A DNA stretch of 64,000 nt, from positions 30,492 to 94,491 of the forward strand of contig CAWCNJ010000009.1 of the NCBI GenBank assembly GCA_963796955.1, read 5' to 3'. The notes below the pieces were generated by a model that saw only the letters and a list, made by a program, of their open reading frames with translations, was not told the origin of the DNA and did not search any database. Below are positions 1 to 9,768 of this stretch, in pieces. Within the stretch, counting starts at the first letter, position 1. The number at the start of each line of letters is the position of its first letter. A program made the position numbers and the translations under genes. The stretch is from Endomicrobiales bacterium (lineage in GTDB: Bacteria; Elusimicrobiota; Endomicrobiia; Endomicrobiales; JALOBY01).

Positions 1-1136
1 CCGCTCGGCATATAAAAACGTATGAGTTCATCCGTCACATAATAGATAACACCCAGCTGGAAGAACGTATACCAGCGGGAGGACAGCTTAAGCGGTTCTG
101 GTGTTTTGCCTTGGAACAATTGCCGCAGGATACCGGCTGCAAGGATGCTCATGGGTATCACCAGATGCAGGTAATATCGTGATGGACGGTAATTCCAGGG
201 GGTTAGAAAAGCGAACCCGATCACGATCCATAGAAATGAGAATCGTTCAATAAAACTCAGTTTTTTCCATTTGCCTGTGAACAGGTCCCGTATGATGGAG
301 AGCAGCGCAAGGAACGACAGCAAAAAAGTCACCGGCATCAATCGAAGGAACTCGGTGTCAAAAACCTGTCGCAAGCGGTTGATCCTGTCGGCCATAGTGG
401 CAGGCGGCTCATAAAACGCGGACAAATGGTCTTTGGCGAGGTGTTGGATCGTGTCGTACATGGGAATCAGGAATACTGCGGCGTACACGACCAGTGCAGC
501 AAATAACCCGACGAGATATGCTTTAACCAGCGTGGTCTTATTCTTCTTTTCATCAGGCCCGGTTACCAGCGTCAAAATGCATACGGCCGCCTGAACAATG
601 TACGTGGGCTTGGTCATATAGGCAGCGGCTGTGAACATGCCGGCCAGTAAAGCGTTCCTTGGTGTCATTTTTTCAAGAAAATAGAGTGTTAACACCAGAA
701 ACAATATGACCGGCACTTCCAAAAGTATGTGGCGGGTGTAAAAAAAATAAGAAAAATCAAAACCGACCATTCCCATGGTCAGGAATGCCAGACTAAAATC
801 ATTGCCTGCGTGCTTGACCACCGCGAACAGGAACAATAAGGTCACAAAGAAGCATGCCAGCGCTATCAGCCGGATGCTTCTGTAACTGACACCGAGCAGC
901 TTCATGGCCGTATAATGGGTAACGGTCATTACCGGGCTCACGACAGTGAAAAATAATGTGTCGGTGTTCCAGGTCCCGTAGAGAATTTTACTTCTCGCGT
1001 TTTGGGCGTAACTGCTTTCGTCGGAGTACAGCGACCTGCTCCAGGTTACGCGCGGGGAAGCATCGGCGGAAAAATGGAACAGTTTCATCGCCAGGAGCAC
1101 CGCCAGCAGCAACGCGACGGGCACATACCTTTTCAT
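1..1136 (-). CDS. ArnT/PMT-family (GT39/GT83-like) integral-membrane glycosyltransferase; 3' part runs off the left window edge
   Basis: Reverse frame is open from ATG (1136..1134) to position 1. My translation is MKRYVPVALLLAVLLAMKLFHF...LYSDESSYAQNARSKILYGTW... followed by many hydrophobic helices. It is absent from the ORF track because it has no in-window stop. Confidence 0.6.
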   Translation of the reverse strand, partial: MKRYVPVALLLAVLLAMKLFHFSADASPRVTWSRSLYSDESSYAQNARSKILYGTWNTDTLFFTVVSPVMTVTHYTAMKLLGVSYRSIRLIALACFFVTLLFLFAVVKHAGNDFSLAFLTMGMVGFDFSYFFYTRHILLEVPVILFLVLTLYFLEKMTPRNALLAGMFTAAAYMTKPTYIVQAAVCILTLVTGPDEKKNKTTLVKAYLVGLFAALVVYAAVFLIPMYDTIQHLAKDHLSAFYEPPATMADRINRLRQVFDTEFLRLMPVTFLLSFLALLSIIRDLFTGKWKKLSFIERFSFLWIVIGFAFLTPWNYRPSRYYLHLVIPMSILAAGILRQLFQGKTPEPLKLSSRWYTFFQLGVIYYVTDELIRFYMPS

Positions 1137-1326
1137 GCATTATCCTTTTGCGGTCCGGCCGGGGACCAATAGCGTATTTTGTCTATTGTAACAAATGGTT
1201 AGACAGGTATCAATGGACTTCCGTTGTTGACGAATAAAGAGCGTATTATGGGGACTCCGGCTATTCAATGACGAATGGCTAAGTGGTAGTATCAGAGAAA
1301 CATACATGGTCTTCAGGAGAATTCTT

Positions 1327-2558
1327 ATGACAACGGATAACTATAAATATATCATCATCGGCGGCGGTCAGGCTGGAGCCTCGGCGGTGGAAGGGATACG
1401 TGAGATAGACAAGAACGGACCGATCCTGCTGATGGGCGAGGAAAAGCATCTGCCCTATGAGCGGCCTCCTTTGACGAAAAAGCTTTGGTTCGGGAAAATG
1501 AGCGAAGATCAGGTATTCATACACGATACTGCCTACTACAAAGATAACGGAGTTACCCTCACGCCCGGCGTACGCGCGATGAGAGTGGACCCCAACCGAA
1601 AAACCGTCACCGATAATTCCGGAAGAACGTATCAATATACAAAATTACTGCTGGCGACCGGAGGGCGGCCCCGAAAACTGCGCATACAGGGCGGTAATCT
1701 TAACGGTGTCTGCTATTACAGAAATCTGGACGATTATGAACGTATCAGAAGCTCTGTTCGGGATGGCGTAACAGCCACGGTGATCGGCGGTGGCTTTATC
1801 GGTTCGGAACTCAGCGCCGCTCTTGCGGTCAATGCCGTTAAAGTGACCATGATATTCCCCGAGCTTTACCCCTGCGCCAGGGTTTTCCCTGAGGGGCTCG
1901 GCAGGGCGATCGGCGCGCATTTTGTCGAAAAAGGTGTTGAGATGCTCAGCGGCGATAAACCAATTTCTTTTTCTCTTGTGGACGGGGGCTATATGGTCAG
2001 GACGGAAGGCGGAAAAAACATCCGGTCCGATATGCTGATAGTAGGCGTCGGCATCGCACCGGAGGTGGACCTTGCGTTGACCGCGCACGTGAAGACCTTC
2101 AACGGCGTTATAGTTGACGAATATCTGCGAACTTCCGAGCCCGATATCTACGCGGCGGGGGATAACGCTAACTTTCCCTGCAAAGCGTTGAAAAGATCGA
2201 TCCGTTTTGAGCATTGGGATAATGCCCTCAGCCAGGGTAGGCACGCCGGCAGGAATATGGCGGGGCCGGCAAACCATTCGAGTATCTACCCTACTTCTTT
2301 TCTGATCTCTTCGAATTCGGCTATGAAGCGGTCGGCGATGTGGATGCCACTTTGGATACCGTGGCGGATTGGCAGGAAAAGGATCGCAAGGGTGTTATCT
2401 ATTATCTGCGGGACGATAGGATCCGGGGTGTGATGTTGTGCAACGTATGGAATAAAGTTGATGCCGCGCGCGAACTGATCTTTAAGGCAGAGCCGGTGCG
2501 CGGTGATAAGCTGCGCGGAGCGATACGGGAAGTGCAGGAACCGGCCGGTAAAATGTAA
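1327..2558 (+). pseudogene. FAD/NAD(P)-dependent pyridine nucleotide-disulfide oxidoreductase (ferredoxin-reductase/AIF-like), broken by a -1 frameshift in the G-run 2262-2265
   Basis: YIIIGGGQAG and VIGGGFIGSE dinucleotide motifs, plus AAGD. After ...GRNMAG the family continues in the -1 frame as GKPFEYLPYFFSDLFEFGYEAVGD...VIYYLRDDRIRGVMLCNVW (track ORF 2340..2558). AGGAGA lies 7 nt before ATG 1327. Confidence 0.75.
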
Positions 2559-3292
2559 TGCGGGATCTCACCGGCAAAACGGCTCTGGTGACCGGCGGCT
2601 CAAAAAGGATAGGCCAGGCGATCTCTCTTGCGCTTGCGAAAGCCGGTGTCAATGTGGCTGTCCATTACCCGGAGCAAAGCGGAGAGACCGACGAAGTGAT
2701 GGCGTTGCTTGCTGCCTACCCGGTCTCTGCATGGACCGTTAAAGCTGATTTTCTTAACCCGCAGGAATACAAGACCCTTGTGGCGCGTACGGTCGAGCTT
2801 ACGGGACAGCTGGACATCGTGATCAACAACGCTTCTATCTTCAGCGGAGATACCCTTGATGAAATCGATCTCTCACAGGTAGTGCGCCACCTGGAAGTTA
2901 ATGCCTGGGTCCCGTTCGAGCTGATGCGCGCGTTCGCGCACCGCGCCCCCGAGGGCGGGCATGTGATCAACATACTCGATTCGAAGATCGCAGGCTATGA
3001 CTGGCCTCACATTTCATATATTCTCAGTAAACAGCAGCTATCGCTGCTTACCATGATGGCCGCCCTGAAATATGCTCCGCGGGTTTCCGTAAATGCGATA
3101 GCACCCGGCCTTATCCTGCCGCCGGCCGGGAAGGATGAAGCGTATCTGGATGGGCTTGCCGGGACCGTGCCGTTACAACGTCACGGCGGGCCGGATGACA
3201 TAACAGCGGCAGTCTTGTACCTGTTGAGAAACGATTTTATGACCGGCCAGGTCTTATTTGTTGACGGCGGTCGCCACTTGAGAACGGATTGA
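2558..3292 (+). CDS. Short-chain dehydrogenase/reductase, pteridine-reductase-like (FolM/PTR1-type)
   Basis: LVTGGSKRIGQAI, VINNAS and YILSK (YxxxK) SDR motifs. TAATG overlap with the upstream gene. Lies directly upstream of folB-folK-folE. Confidence 0.7.
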   Translation: MRDLTGKTALVTGGSKRIGQAISLALAKAGVNVAVHYPEQSGETDEVMALLAAYPVSAWTVKADFLNPQEYKTLVARTVELTGQLDIVINNASIFSGDTLDEIDLSQVVRHLEVNAWVPFELMRAFAHRAPEGGHVINILDSKIAGYDWPHISYILSKQQLSLLTMMAALKYAPRVSVNAIAPGLILPPAGKDEAYLDGLAGTVPLQRHGGPDDITAAVLYLLRNDFMTGQVLFVDGGRHLRTD

Positions 3293-3306
3293 ACGGGAAA
3301 GATGCC

Positions 3307-3669
3307 ATGGATCGGATCTTGATCAACGGTCTGCTCATCCGGTGTATCATCGGCGTGAGCAAAGAAGAGCGCAGAGACAAACAGGATGTGGTCGTAGATC
3401 TGTCGATCGGCACGGATACCCGTGCGGCTGCCAAGACCGACCGGCTCGCAGACGCCCTTGATTACCGGACCTTGAAAAAAAAGATACTGCGTCTGGGGGA
3501 AGCTTCCCGTTACCGGTTGCTGGAGTCCCTGACTGAAGCTATCGCCGCGCTCTGTATGAAAGAATCGAGGATCGAAAAAATAACGGTAAGAGCGGAAAAA
3601 CCGGGGGCGCTGCGCTTCGCTCGAAGCGTGGCGGTAGAAATAACCCGGCGCAGGCAGGACCTGCGGTGA
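3307..3669 (+). CDS. folB: Dihydroneopterin aldolase
   Basis: MDRILINGLLIRCIIGVSKEERRDKQDVVVDLSI...DYRTL is the typical FolB N-terminus and length. The track ORF starts at TTG 3289; I prefer ATG 3307. Confidence 0.8.
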   Translation: MDRILINGLLIRCIIGVSKEERRDKQDVVVDLSIGTDTRAAAKTDRLADALDYRTLKKKILRLGEASRYRLLESLTEAIAALCMKESRIEKITVRAEKPGALRFARSVAVEITRRRQDLR

Positions 3670-4148
3670 CTAAGGCATATATCGGTGTTGGCTCTAATAT
3701 TGAACCTGAACGGAACGTTGCCGCAGCAGTTCAGTTGCTTTCAGCGCGTTTGATGATCACCGGTATCTCTACTTTTTACCGCACTAAGGCGGAAGCGGGA
3801 AAACGGCAAAAAGATTATTATAACGGTGTCATAGCGGTGGAAACGGAACTGCCGCCGAAAGAGCTAAAATATGAAGTGCTGCGGGCGACCGAAAAACGTT
3901 TAGGTCGTAAGAGAACAAAAGATAAATTCCGTTCGCGAACCATCGATCTGGATCTGTTGGCCTACGGAGGGTTACGGCTGCGATCAAGGGAACTCACTCT
4001 GCCTGATCCGGATATTCGGCGGCGTCCCTATCTTGCCGCAGGCATTGCCGAATTGAACGGCGTCCTGCACCCATTAGCGAAATACACTGAATCTCTGCGG
4101 GAGAAAATACAAAAATGGAACCGGATCCCACAAAAATCGAAGGGTTAG
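3666..4148 (+). CDS. folK: HPPK (6-hydroxymethyl-dihydropterin pyrophosphokinase), divergent paralogue 1
   Basis: AYIGVGSNIEPE...FYRT...YYNGVIAVET...RTIDLDLL...LTLPDPDIRRRPYL. HPPK motif order is kept, but the His of the usual PHP motif is Asp. GTGA overlap with the folB stop. Confidence 0.7.
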   Translation: MTKAYIGVGSNIEPERNVAAAVQLLSARLMITGISTFYRTKAEAGKRQKDYYNGVIAVETELPPKELKYEVLRATEKRLGRKRTKDKFRSRTIDLDLLAYGGLRLRSRELTLPDPDIRRRPYLAAGIAELNGVLHPLAKYTESLREKIQKWNRIPQKSKG

Positions 4149-4678
4149 TGCGGCAGCTGTTGGTAGAACTGGGTGAAGATCCCGAGAGGGAAGGACTGAA
4201 AAAAACACCGTCACGGGTGGCCGCCTCGTTATCTTTTCTGACGTCCGGCTACCGGTTGGACGCAGGTGTCGTGCTCAAAAAGGCCATATTCACGCAGAAA
4301 ACCGACAGCATGGTCGTGATCAAGGATATTGAACTTTACAGTCTGTGCGAACATCACATACTGCCGTTTTTCGGCCGCTGCCACGTCGGATATATCTGTA
4401 AAGACCGGGTTCCCGGTTACAGCAAGATCGCGAGGCTGGTGGATGTGTTCGCACGCCGGCTGCAAATACAGGAACGATTGACCGAAGAGATATCGTACGC
4501 GATACAAAATGAGCTTAAAGCCGATGGCGTTGGTGTCATGATAGAAGCGCAGCACTTGTGCATGATGATGAGGGGCCCGCAAAAGCAAAATTCAAGGCTG
4601 GTAACCTCGTCGGTACTGGGGACCTTTCGCGATAATGCGACGACCAGACACGAATTTCTTTCGCTGGTAAGCAGATAA
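4115..4678 (+). CDS. folE: GTP cyclohydrolase I
   Basis: GEDPEREGLKKTPSRVA...YSLCEHHILPFFGRCHVGY...QERLT...EAQHLCMMMRG are canonical FolE motifs. Confidence 0.92.
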   Translation: MEPDPTKIEGLVRQLLVELGEDPEREGLKKTPSRVAASLSFLTSGYRLDAGVVLKKAIFTQKTDSMVVIKDIELYSLCEHHILPFFGRCHVGYICKDRVPGYSKIARLVDVFARRLQIQERLTEEISYAIQNELKADGVGVMIEAQHLCMMMRGPQKQNSRLVTSSVLGTFRDNATTRHEFLSLVSR

Positions 4679-4695
4679 GGGTAACAGGAGGCGGT

Positions 4696-5001
4696 ATGGA
4701 AAAATTATTAAGCGCCGATGAGGCGCGGGAATTGCTTAAGGATATGCCGGATTGGAAATTAAACAACGATAAAACTACGCTCACGCGCGAGTATGCTATG
4801 AAGGATTTCATTGCCGCCGTCGCTTTGATAGATCAGATCGCTCAGATCGCGCAACGGGAAGACCATCATCCCGACCTGCACCTGACAAATTACCGTAAGT
4901 TACGTATTGAGCTTTCCAGTCACGACGCCGGAGGCCTGACCAAACGTGATTTTATCGTTGCAGCGGCTATCAGCGCGTTAACGGCGGCTGTGCCCGCGTG
5001 A
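4696..5001 (+). CDS. Pterin-4-alpha-carbinolamine dehydratase (PCD/DCoH family)
   Basis: About 100 aa; contains W.....L.REY.F.DF..A......IA..AE.EDHHPDL....Y..L.I.L.SHD.GGLT..D. Confidence 0.85.
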   Translation: MEKLLSADEARELLKDMPDWKLNNDKTTLTREYAMKDFIAAVALIDQIAQIAQREDHHPDLHLTNYRKLRIELSSHDAGGLTKRDFIVAAAISALTAAVPA

Positions 5002-5020
5002 AAGTGATAGAGGGGTACAT

Positions 5021-5536
5021 ATGATCTGGCTTAACATGCTTAAAAGTCTTTTATCCGTCTTGCAATCGGAGGTTTCGCCTTCCCAGATAGCCTGGGGCGC
5101 CGCCTTGGGGGCTGTCGTGGGTTTTGCGCCTTTTTCCTGTCTGCATAAATACATTTTCACCGTTATCATTTTGCTGGTTAACGTCGATCTCGGAGCGGCG
5201 GCGCTTGCGACGACCGTCTTTGGTCTTGTCGGATTGACGACCGATCCCATCGCCGACTGGATCGGTTACTACCTGCTAACGGGCATTCCCCTGCTGCAGC
5301 CGCTGTGGGTGAAACTCTTCAACATGCCGATCGTCCCATTTACGCGTTTTTATAATACCGTGGTACTCGGCAATTTTATCATATCGTTGCTGCTGTTCGT
5401 TCCGGTTATTATGTTCACGCGGTGGTTCGTCCGTTATTACCGCACACATTTAAGCGATAAGGTCGCCCGGTGGAAAATAATGCAGCTATTCAATATCACG
5501 AATACGGCTTATTCGATCTACAAAAAAAAGAAATAG
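5021..5536 (+). CDS. DUF2062 / TIGR03546-like small integral membrane protein
   Basis: SPSQIAWGAALGAVVGFAPF...NVDLGAAALATTVFGLVGLTTDPIADWIGYYLL, 3-4 TM helices. Immediately followed by a large AsmA-like ORF, the arrangement described for the TIGR03546/TIGR03545 pair (recalled, not searched). Confidence 0.45.
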   Translation: MIWLNMLKSLLSVLQSEVSPSQIAWGAALGAVVGFAPFSCLHKYIFTVIILLVNVDLGAAALATTVFGLVGLTTDPIADWIGYYLLTGIPLLQPLWVKLFNMPIVPFTRFYNTVVLGNFIISLLLFVPVIMFTRWFVRYYRTHLSDKVARWKIMQLFNITNTAYSIYKKKK

Positions 5537-5551
5537 CTCTGGAAGGTACAC

Positions 5552-7477
5552 ATGCGCTGGAAATATTTTATCCCAACAGTTATTCTGGTAGCTCTCGTTC
5601 TCATATTTTGCGTTTTCTTTATGGATGCAATGATCCGGAAGATAATGATCTCGTCCGCGCAAATGATATTCGGGGCAAAGGTAGAGATCAGTTCCGTCAA
5701 AACCCGTTTCAGGGATATGTCTATCACCGTCTCGGAGCTGGCGGTAGCAAACCGCAAGGAACCGATGAAAAATCTGTTCCAAAGCTCATCGATCCATTTT
5801 TCCGTCAGCCCGCTGCCGCTGCTGACAAAAAAGGTCATTATCAATGAGATGTCGGTGGACGGCATCGCCTGGGGCACGAAACGTGCTTCATCAGGCGTAT
5901 TGCCGCCGCGCAAAGAAAGGAAATACGCAAAACTGATAAAAAGATCCACCGGCAAAGGCATTATGGGAAAATTGATGGGCAAAGTCTCTGCCAAAGGCAC
6001 GGAAGAATTCCATCAGCTGCCGGCCGTCGAGTCCTACAAAAACATTCAGCAGCTTGGTTCTCTTGCAACAGGCAAGGCGGTCGACGCCTCGGATCTCTCT
6101 TCGCTTAAAGCGATCGATACTATGCACAAAGAGATCGGGGAAAAATATGCCCGGTATGCCGTACAGGCGAGTTCTCTGACGGATACCGGCAAAACCATTC
6201 AGCAGGCGCAGGACACGATAAACGCGCTGTCGAAGGCAAAGATCAATTCCCTGGAAGATCTGAAGGCACTGCAGCCAAAGCTTGACGCCGCCAATGCCGC
6301 CAAAACAAAGATAAGCGAAAATATCAAAGAGTTGCAAAGCCTTCAGGCCAAAGCGCAGACCGATATCGGTGATGAAAAACAGTTGCTGCAAAAGATCCAG
6401 GAATCTAAAGATGCCGATTACCGCGCCCTGATGGATAAATTAAAGCTGCCCTCGGCCTCATTCGGCGCGATATCGCAGTCGTTGTTCGGCCCCATGTGGG
6501 TAGGACGTATTGAAACGCTCCTGCACTATATTGAACTGTCACGCAACACAATGCCTTCGCGTGCAAAAACGGAGCAGCGGCATGTGCAGACGCGTCTGAG
6601 AGGGCGTGACGTCAGCTTCCCCGTGGAACACCAACTGCCCGGCCTGCTGATCCGCGTCATACGGCTCACCGGCACGACAGGCGGTCCCGGCAAAGAGGGC
6701 ACGCCGATGGATTTCAAAGGCGAGATCACCACCGTTACCTCGGATCCGGTGCTGGCCGGGATCCCGACAAAAGCAGTGATCTATGGTACGCAGGGCCTCA
6801 AGATCCTTCAGGCGAATGTTGTGATCGATCACACCGGTGAGACCCCATCCGAACAGGCAGATATAACATATGCTGGTATCACCGCAAAAGAAATGTCTCT
6901 ACCGCAAAGCGAGTACCTGCCGGATTTTGGGCGAGGCTCCGGAAAAGTAGTCACCCGGTTTAAAATGACGGGCGATACTATCGATGCGACCGTCGATCTG
7001 TCTGTATCGGGCCTCGGCGCGCCAACCGCTGCGGCCGGCAACCCCGCAACGGCTTCCCTGGTAACAGCGCTTTGGGCCGGCATAAGCACTCTCAACGTGC
7101 AGGGCCGTTTAACGGGTACCGCGGATAATATCAAAATGGCGGTCTCTTCCGACATCGATAGTGCGCTATCCGGCCGCCTGGCAAAGGTTTTTGGCGGCCA
7201 GGTAAAAGACGCCCAGCAAAAAGTACGGGGCCAGATAGACGCGCTGACCAACGCTAAACAACAGGCGGTTCTCGGCGACCTTGCTTCAAAAAAGAGCGCT
7301 CTTGGCTCTATCTTTACCGACAAACAAAAAAAACTGCAGGATAAATCAGGTGAGCTTTCATCTCTGGAAGGTGCAAATAAAAACGCGCTGCAAAACCGGG
7401 CCGATACCGAGACAAAGAAACAGGAAGAAGAGCTGAGGAAAAAAGCCGGCGAACAGTTGAAGGGACTGTTCAAATAA
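5552..7477 (+). CDS. N-terminally anchored AsmA-like / TIGR03545-like protein with a long central coiled coil
   Basis: TM helix YFIPTVILVALVLIFCVFF; AsmA-like N-region; Ala/Lys/Gln-rich heptad-like centre and C-terminus. Confidence 0.45.
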   Translation: MRWKYFIPTVILVALVLIFCVFFMDAMIRKIMISSAQMIFGAKVEISSVKTRFRDMSITVSELAVANRKEPMKNLFQSSSIHFSVSPLPLLTKKVIINEMSVDGIAWGTKRASSGVLPPRKERKYAKLIKRSTGKGIMGKLMGKVSAKGTEEFHQLPAVESYKNIQQLGSLATGKAVDASDLSSLKAIDTMHKEIGEKYARYAVQASSLTDTGKTIQQAQDTINALSKAKINSLEDLKALQPKLDAANAAKTKISENIKELQSLQAKAQTDIGDEKQLLQKIQESKDADYRALMDKLKLPSASFGAISQSLFGPMWVGRIETLLHYIELSRNTMPSRAKTEQRHVQTRLRGRDVSFPVEHQLPGLLIRVIRLTGTTGGPGKEGTPMDFKGEITTVTSDPVLAGIPTKAVIYGTQGLKILQANVVIDHTGETPSEQADITYAGITAKEMSLPQSEYLPDFGRGSGKVVTRFKMTGDTIDATVDLSVSGLGAPTAAAGNPATASLVTALWAGISTLNVQGRLTGTADNIKMAVSSDIDSALSGRLAKVFGGQVKDAQQKVRGQIDALTNAKQQAVLGDLASKKSALGSIFTDKQKKLQDKSGELSSLEGANKNALQNRADTETKKQEEELRKKAGEQLKGLFK

Positions 7478-7480
7478 GAC

Positions 7481-8033
7481 TTATTCCTTGAACGCGAAAA
7501 CCGTGAATGTGTACAGCTCCGTCCCCTTGTCCTGCCAGGCATCCTGCGATAGACCTGCTTTCTGGCAGCAGAGTTCGTCCATAAAACATTTCTTTGTCGG
7601 CAGCTGTTCCCATACCTGCGGCAGGAATAAGCCGCTGCAATAGACCTTTCCGTACTACCACCCCATGATGTTCCGGTTCGATCTCATCCGCGTTCTTGAT
7701 CCTGGTAAGGGGGGAAAGCACTGATATTTCTATTTTTATATCCTTCAGCTCGCCGGCGGTCACAGGCTTGAACCGGTTGTCTTCCACAGCGGCGGCGATA
7801 GCAAGCTGGCTGACTGCCTGGTACAGCGGCAGCTGCGCGGCGGTCGTGCCGATGCAGCCTCGCAGGCAGTTGTCTTTGGTAAGCGTAACGAAAACGGCGG
7901 CGGGCTGCAGTAGTTCTTTTTCCGTTGTTGTAACGTTCGGCAGCGCGCCTGTCTTCAAATATGCGGCTATAGAATCCCGTGCTATTTTAAATAACTCTGT
8001 CTGATTTTTCTCGCCGATGGTAAAGTCGCCCAT
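7481..8033 (-). pseudogene. AMMECR1-domain protein, broken by a +1 frameshift near 7636-7645
   Basis: LRGCIGTT...NRFKPV...HHGVVVRKG in one frame. The conserved C-terminus SGLFLPQVWEQLPTKKCFMDELCCQKAGLSQDAWQDKGTELYTFTVFAFKE* lies in the +1 frame and ends at 7481. AAGGAGG lies 6 nt before ATG 8033. Confidence 0.75.
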
Positions 8034-8107
8034 GATGTGCCTCCTTGTCAAAGTATGTGTCATTATATCTCTATACAAACACTAATTCAATTATATACAA
8101 TAAGACT

Positions 8108-9010
8108 ATGGAAAATTTTGTGTCTCACGATCATAAGGAAGGCGGGTTGTCCGCTTCAAAATACTTTGGCGTTACATTGCTTAACGGCTTTATAACGCTG
8201 GTGGAAGCCGCGGCCGGCATCATGTCAGGCAGCCTCGCACTGCTTTCGGATGCAGTGCACAACCTGGGCGATACCGTCTCAATACTGTTCAGTTATTTCG
8301 CCTGGAAGATAGCGGGAAAAGAGCAGGACGCCCGACGGACGTACGGTTACAAACGGGCCGAGATCATAGCCGCGTTCGTTAACGCTTCGGTGCTGGTCGC
8401 GATATCTCTGTTCCTTGTTTTTGAGGCGGTGAAGCGTTTTCGCGCTCCGGAAACCATACACAGCGGCCTTATGATAGGCGCGGCGCTTTTCGGTTTGACG
8501 GCTAACTTCGTTTCCATGCTGTTACTGGAACAAGGCGCGCACGGCAATATGAACGTACGTTCCAGCTATCTGCACCTGCTTGGCGATACGGTCTCTTCCG
8601 TCGGCGTTCTGTGCGGCGGTATCGCGATACGGCTCTGGCAGGTTTTCTGGGTTGACCCGCTGGTCACTGTTTTGATCGCGGTATATATCATAAAGGAAAG
8701 CTGGGGCATCGTAAGAAACTCCGTACGGATCCTGATGCAGTCTTCCGCCGACCTTGATTATACCATGATGCGGCGGGATATCGAGGCTCTGCCGGAGGTA
8801 AAGAACATTCACCACGTGCATACCTGGATGGCCAACGAAGAAACCATTTATTTCGAAGCCCATATAGATATGGATGACTGTCTTCTTTCCAGGTCCTGCC
8901 TGGTCTCCCAGAAGATCGAGGAACTCCTCAAAAATAAATATGGCATCTCACACGCAACTCTCCAATTTGAAACCGACCGTTGTTCCAAGAAGGATTTTTT
9001 CAACAAGTAG
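8108..9010 (+). CDS. Cation diffusion facilitator (CzcD/ZitB-type) divalent metal efflux transporter
   Basis: SLALLSDAVHNLGD, YGYKRAEI and SYLHLLGDTVSS motifs; six TM helices; C-terminal cytoplasmic domain with HHVHTW. Confidence 0.85.
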   Translation: MENFVSHDHKEGGLSASKYFGVTLLNGFITLVEAAAGIMSGSLALLSDAVHNLGDTVSILFSYFAWKIAGKEQDARRTYGYKRAEIIAAFVNASVLVAISLFLVFEAVKRFRAPETIHSGLMIGAALFGLTANFVSMLLLEQGAHGNMNVRSSYLHLLGDTVSSVGVLCGGIAIRLWQVFWVDPLVTVLIAVYIIKESWGIVRNSVRILMQSSADLDYTMMRRDIEALPEVKNIHHVHTWMANEETIYFEAHIDMDDCLLSRSCLVSQKIEELLKNKYGISHATLQFETDRCSKKDFFNK

Positions 9011-9015
9011 TGTCT

Positions 9016-9768
9016 TTACACGCCTATGAGCATTTTCAACAGCTGGCCCTTAACGGATACCGCAAAGACCGGTACGCCTTCCGCCGCCTGTTTCGGCGTA
9101 TAGGTGCCGAACATTCTGTCCCAGACGGTAAATATAAAACCGAGGTTCCTGCCTGCCATGCCCCTGGCGCCGTGATGGATCCGGTGGTAATCAGGTGTTA
9201 TGAATAGTTTTTCAACGGGTCCCAGAGAGACATGTATGTTGGTGTGTATCCACAGATTGATCACGACGCCGAAAGAGAACGCGGCGCCGGTCTCAAGCGG
9301 CGACAGCTTTAACAGGAAATAGCCTATGAATATCTGCGGCAGGGAGAACAGGAATAAATGTGTCAGGCTGGTGCGCGATCCGGACAGCCACCATATCTGG
9401 CCGATAGAGTGGTGAAAGGCATGCGTTCTCCAAAGTAGTTTTTTATGCATTGCCCTGTGGACCCAGTAGAGCGAAAGGTCTGTAAGGATAATGGCTGAAA
9501 TAATTTTGAAGACCGGTGCGATCCCGGAAAGAAATTCCTGGTTCGTGAAAAATGGGGGAACCAGAGCCCGCAGAACGTTGAAGCTTACCACCCGCGCCGA
9601 TTCCCCGGCCGTTATCACAACGAACAGCGCGAGCAGGTTCAATTGCAAGTCTTGTTCTCTCACTACCGGCAGCCCGGGCCGGCGTCTTTCCATAACGTCC
9701 AGGGTAAGGACGGCGATAAGGAATGTTATCACCTGCATCAGCTGTTCCGGCGGTATAGTAATAGACAA
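9016..9768 (-). CDS. Fatty acid hydroxylase / sterol desaturase superfamily membrane protein
   Basis: His boxes HRAMH, HAFHH and HRIHH within a multi-TM protein. TTG start preceded by GGAGGA at 7 nt. Confidence 0.75.
   Translation of the reverse strand: MSITIPPEQLMQVITFLIAVLTLDVMERRRPGLPVVREQDLQLNLLALFVVITAGESARVVSFNVLRALVPPFFTNQEFLSGIAPVFKIISAIILTDLSLYWVHRAMHKKLLWRTHAFHHSIGQIWWLSGSRTSLTHLFLFSLPQIFIGYFLLKLSPLETGAAFSFGVVINLWIHTNIHVSLGPVEKLFITPDYHRIHHGARGMAGRNLGFIFTVWDRMFGTYTPKQAAEGVPVFAVSVKGQLLKMLIGV

Noticed and set aside
956-1237. 93-aa + strand ORF
   Set aside because: Antisense to the 5' end of the glycosyltransferase gene, extending into the intergenic region. Arg/Cys-rich, with no SD.
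2255-2275. Programmed ribosomal frameshifting as the explanation for the broken oxidoreductase (and for AMMECR1, dapA, lysA, TPR)
   Set aside because: There are no slippery heptamers or downstream structures. The families are not known to use recoding. The breaks sit at plain mononucleotide runs in many unrelated genes, which fits indel errors better.
6829-7542. 237-aa minus-strand ORF
   Set aside because: Antisense to the 3' half of the AsmA/TIGR03545-like gene. The Ser/Phe/Cys-rich low-complexity product mirrors the Lys/Glu/Ala coiled-coil codons.
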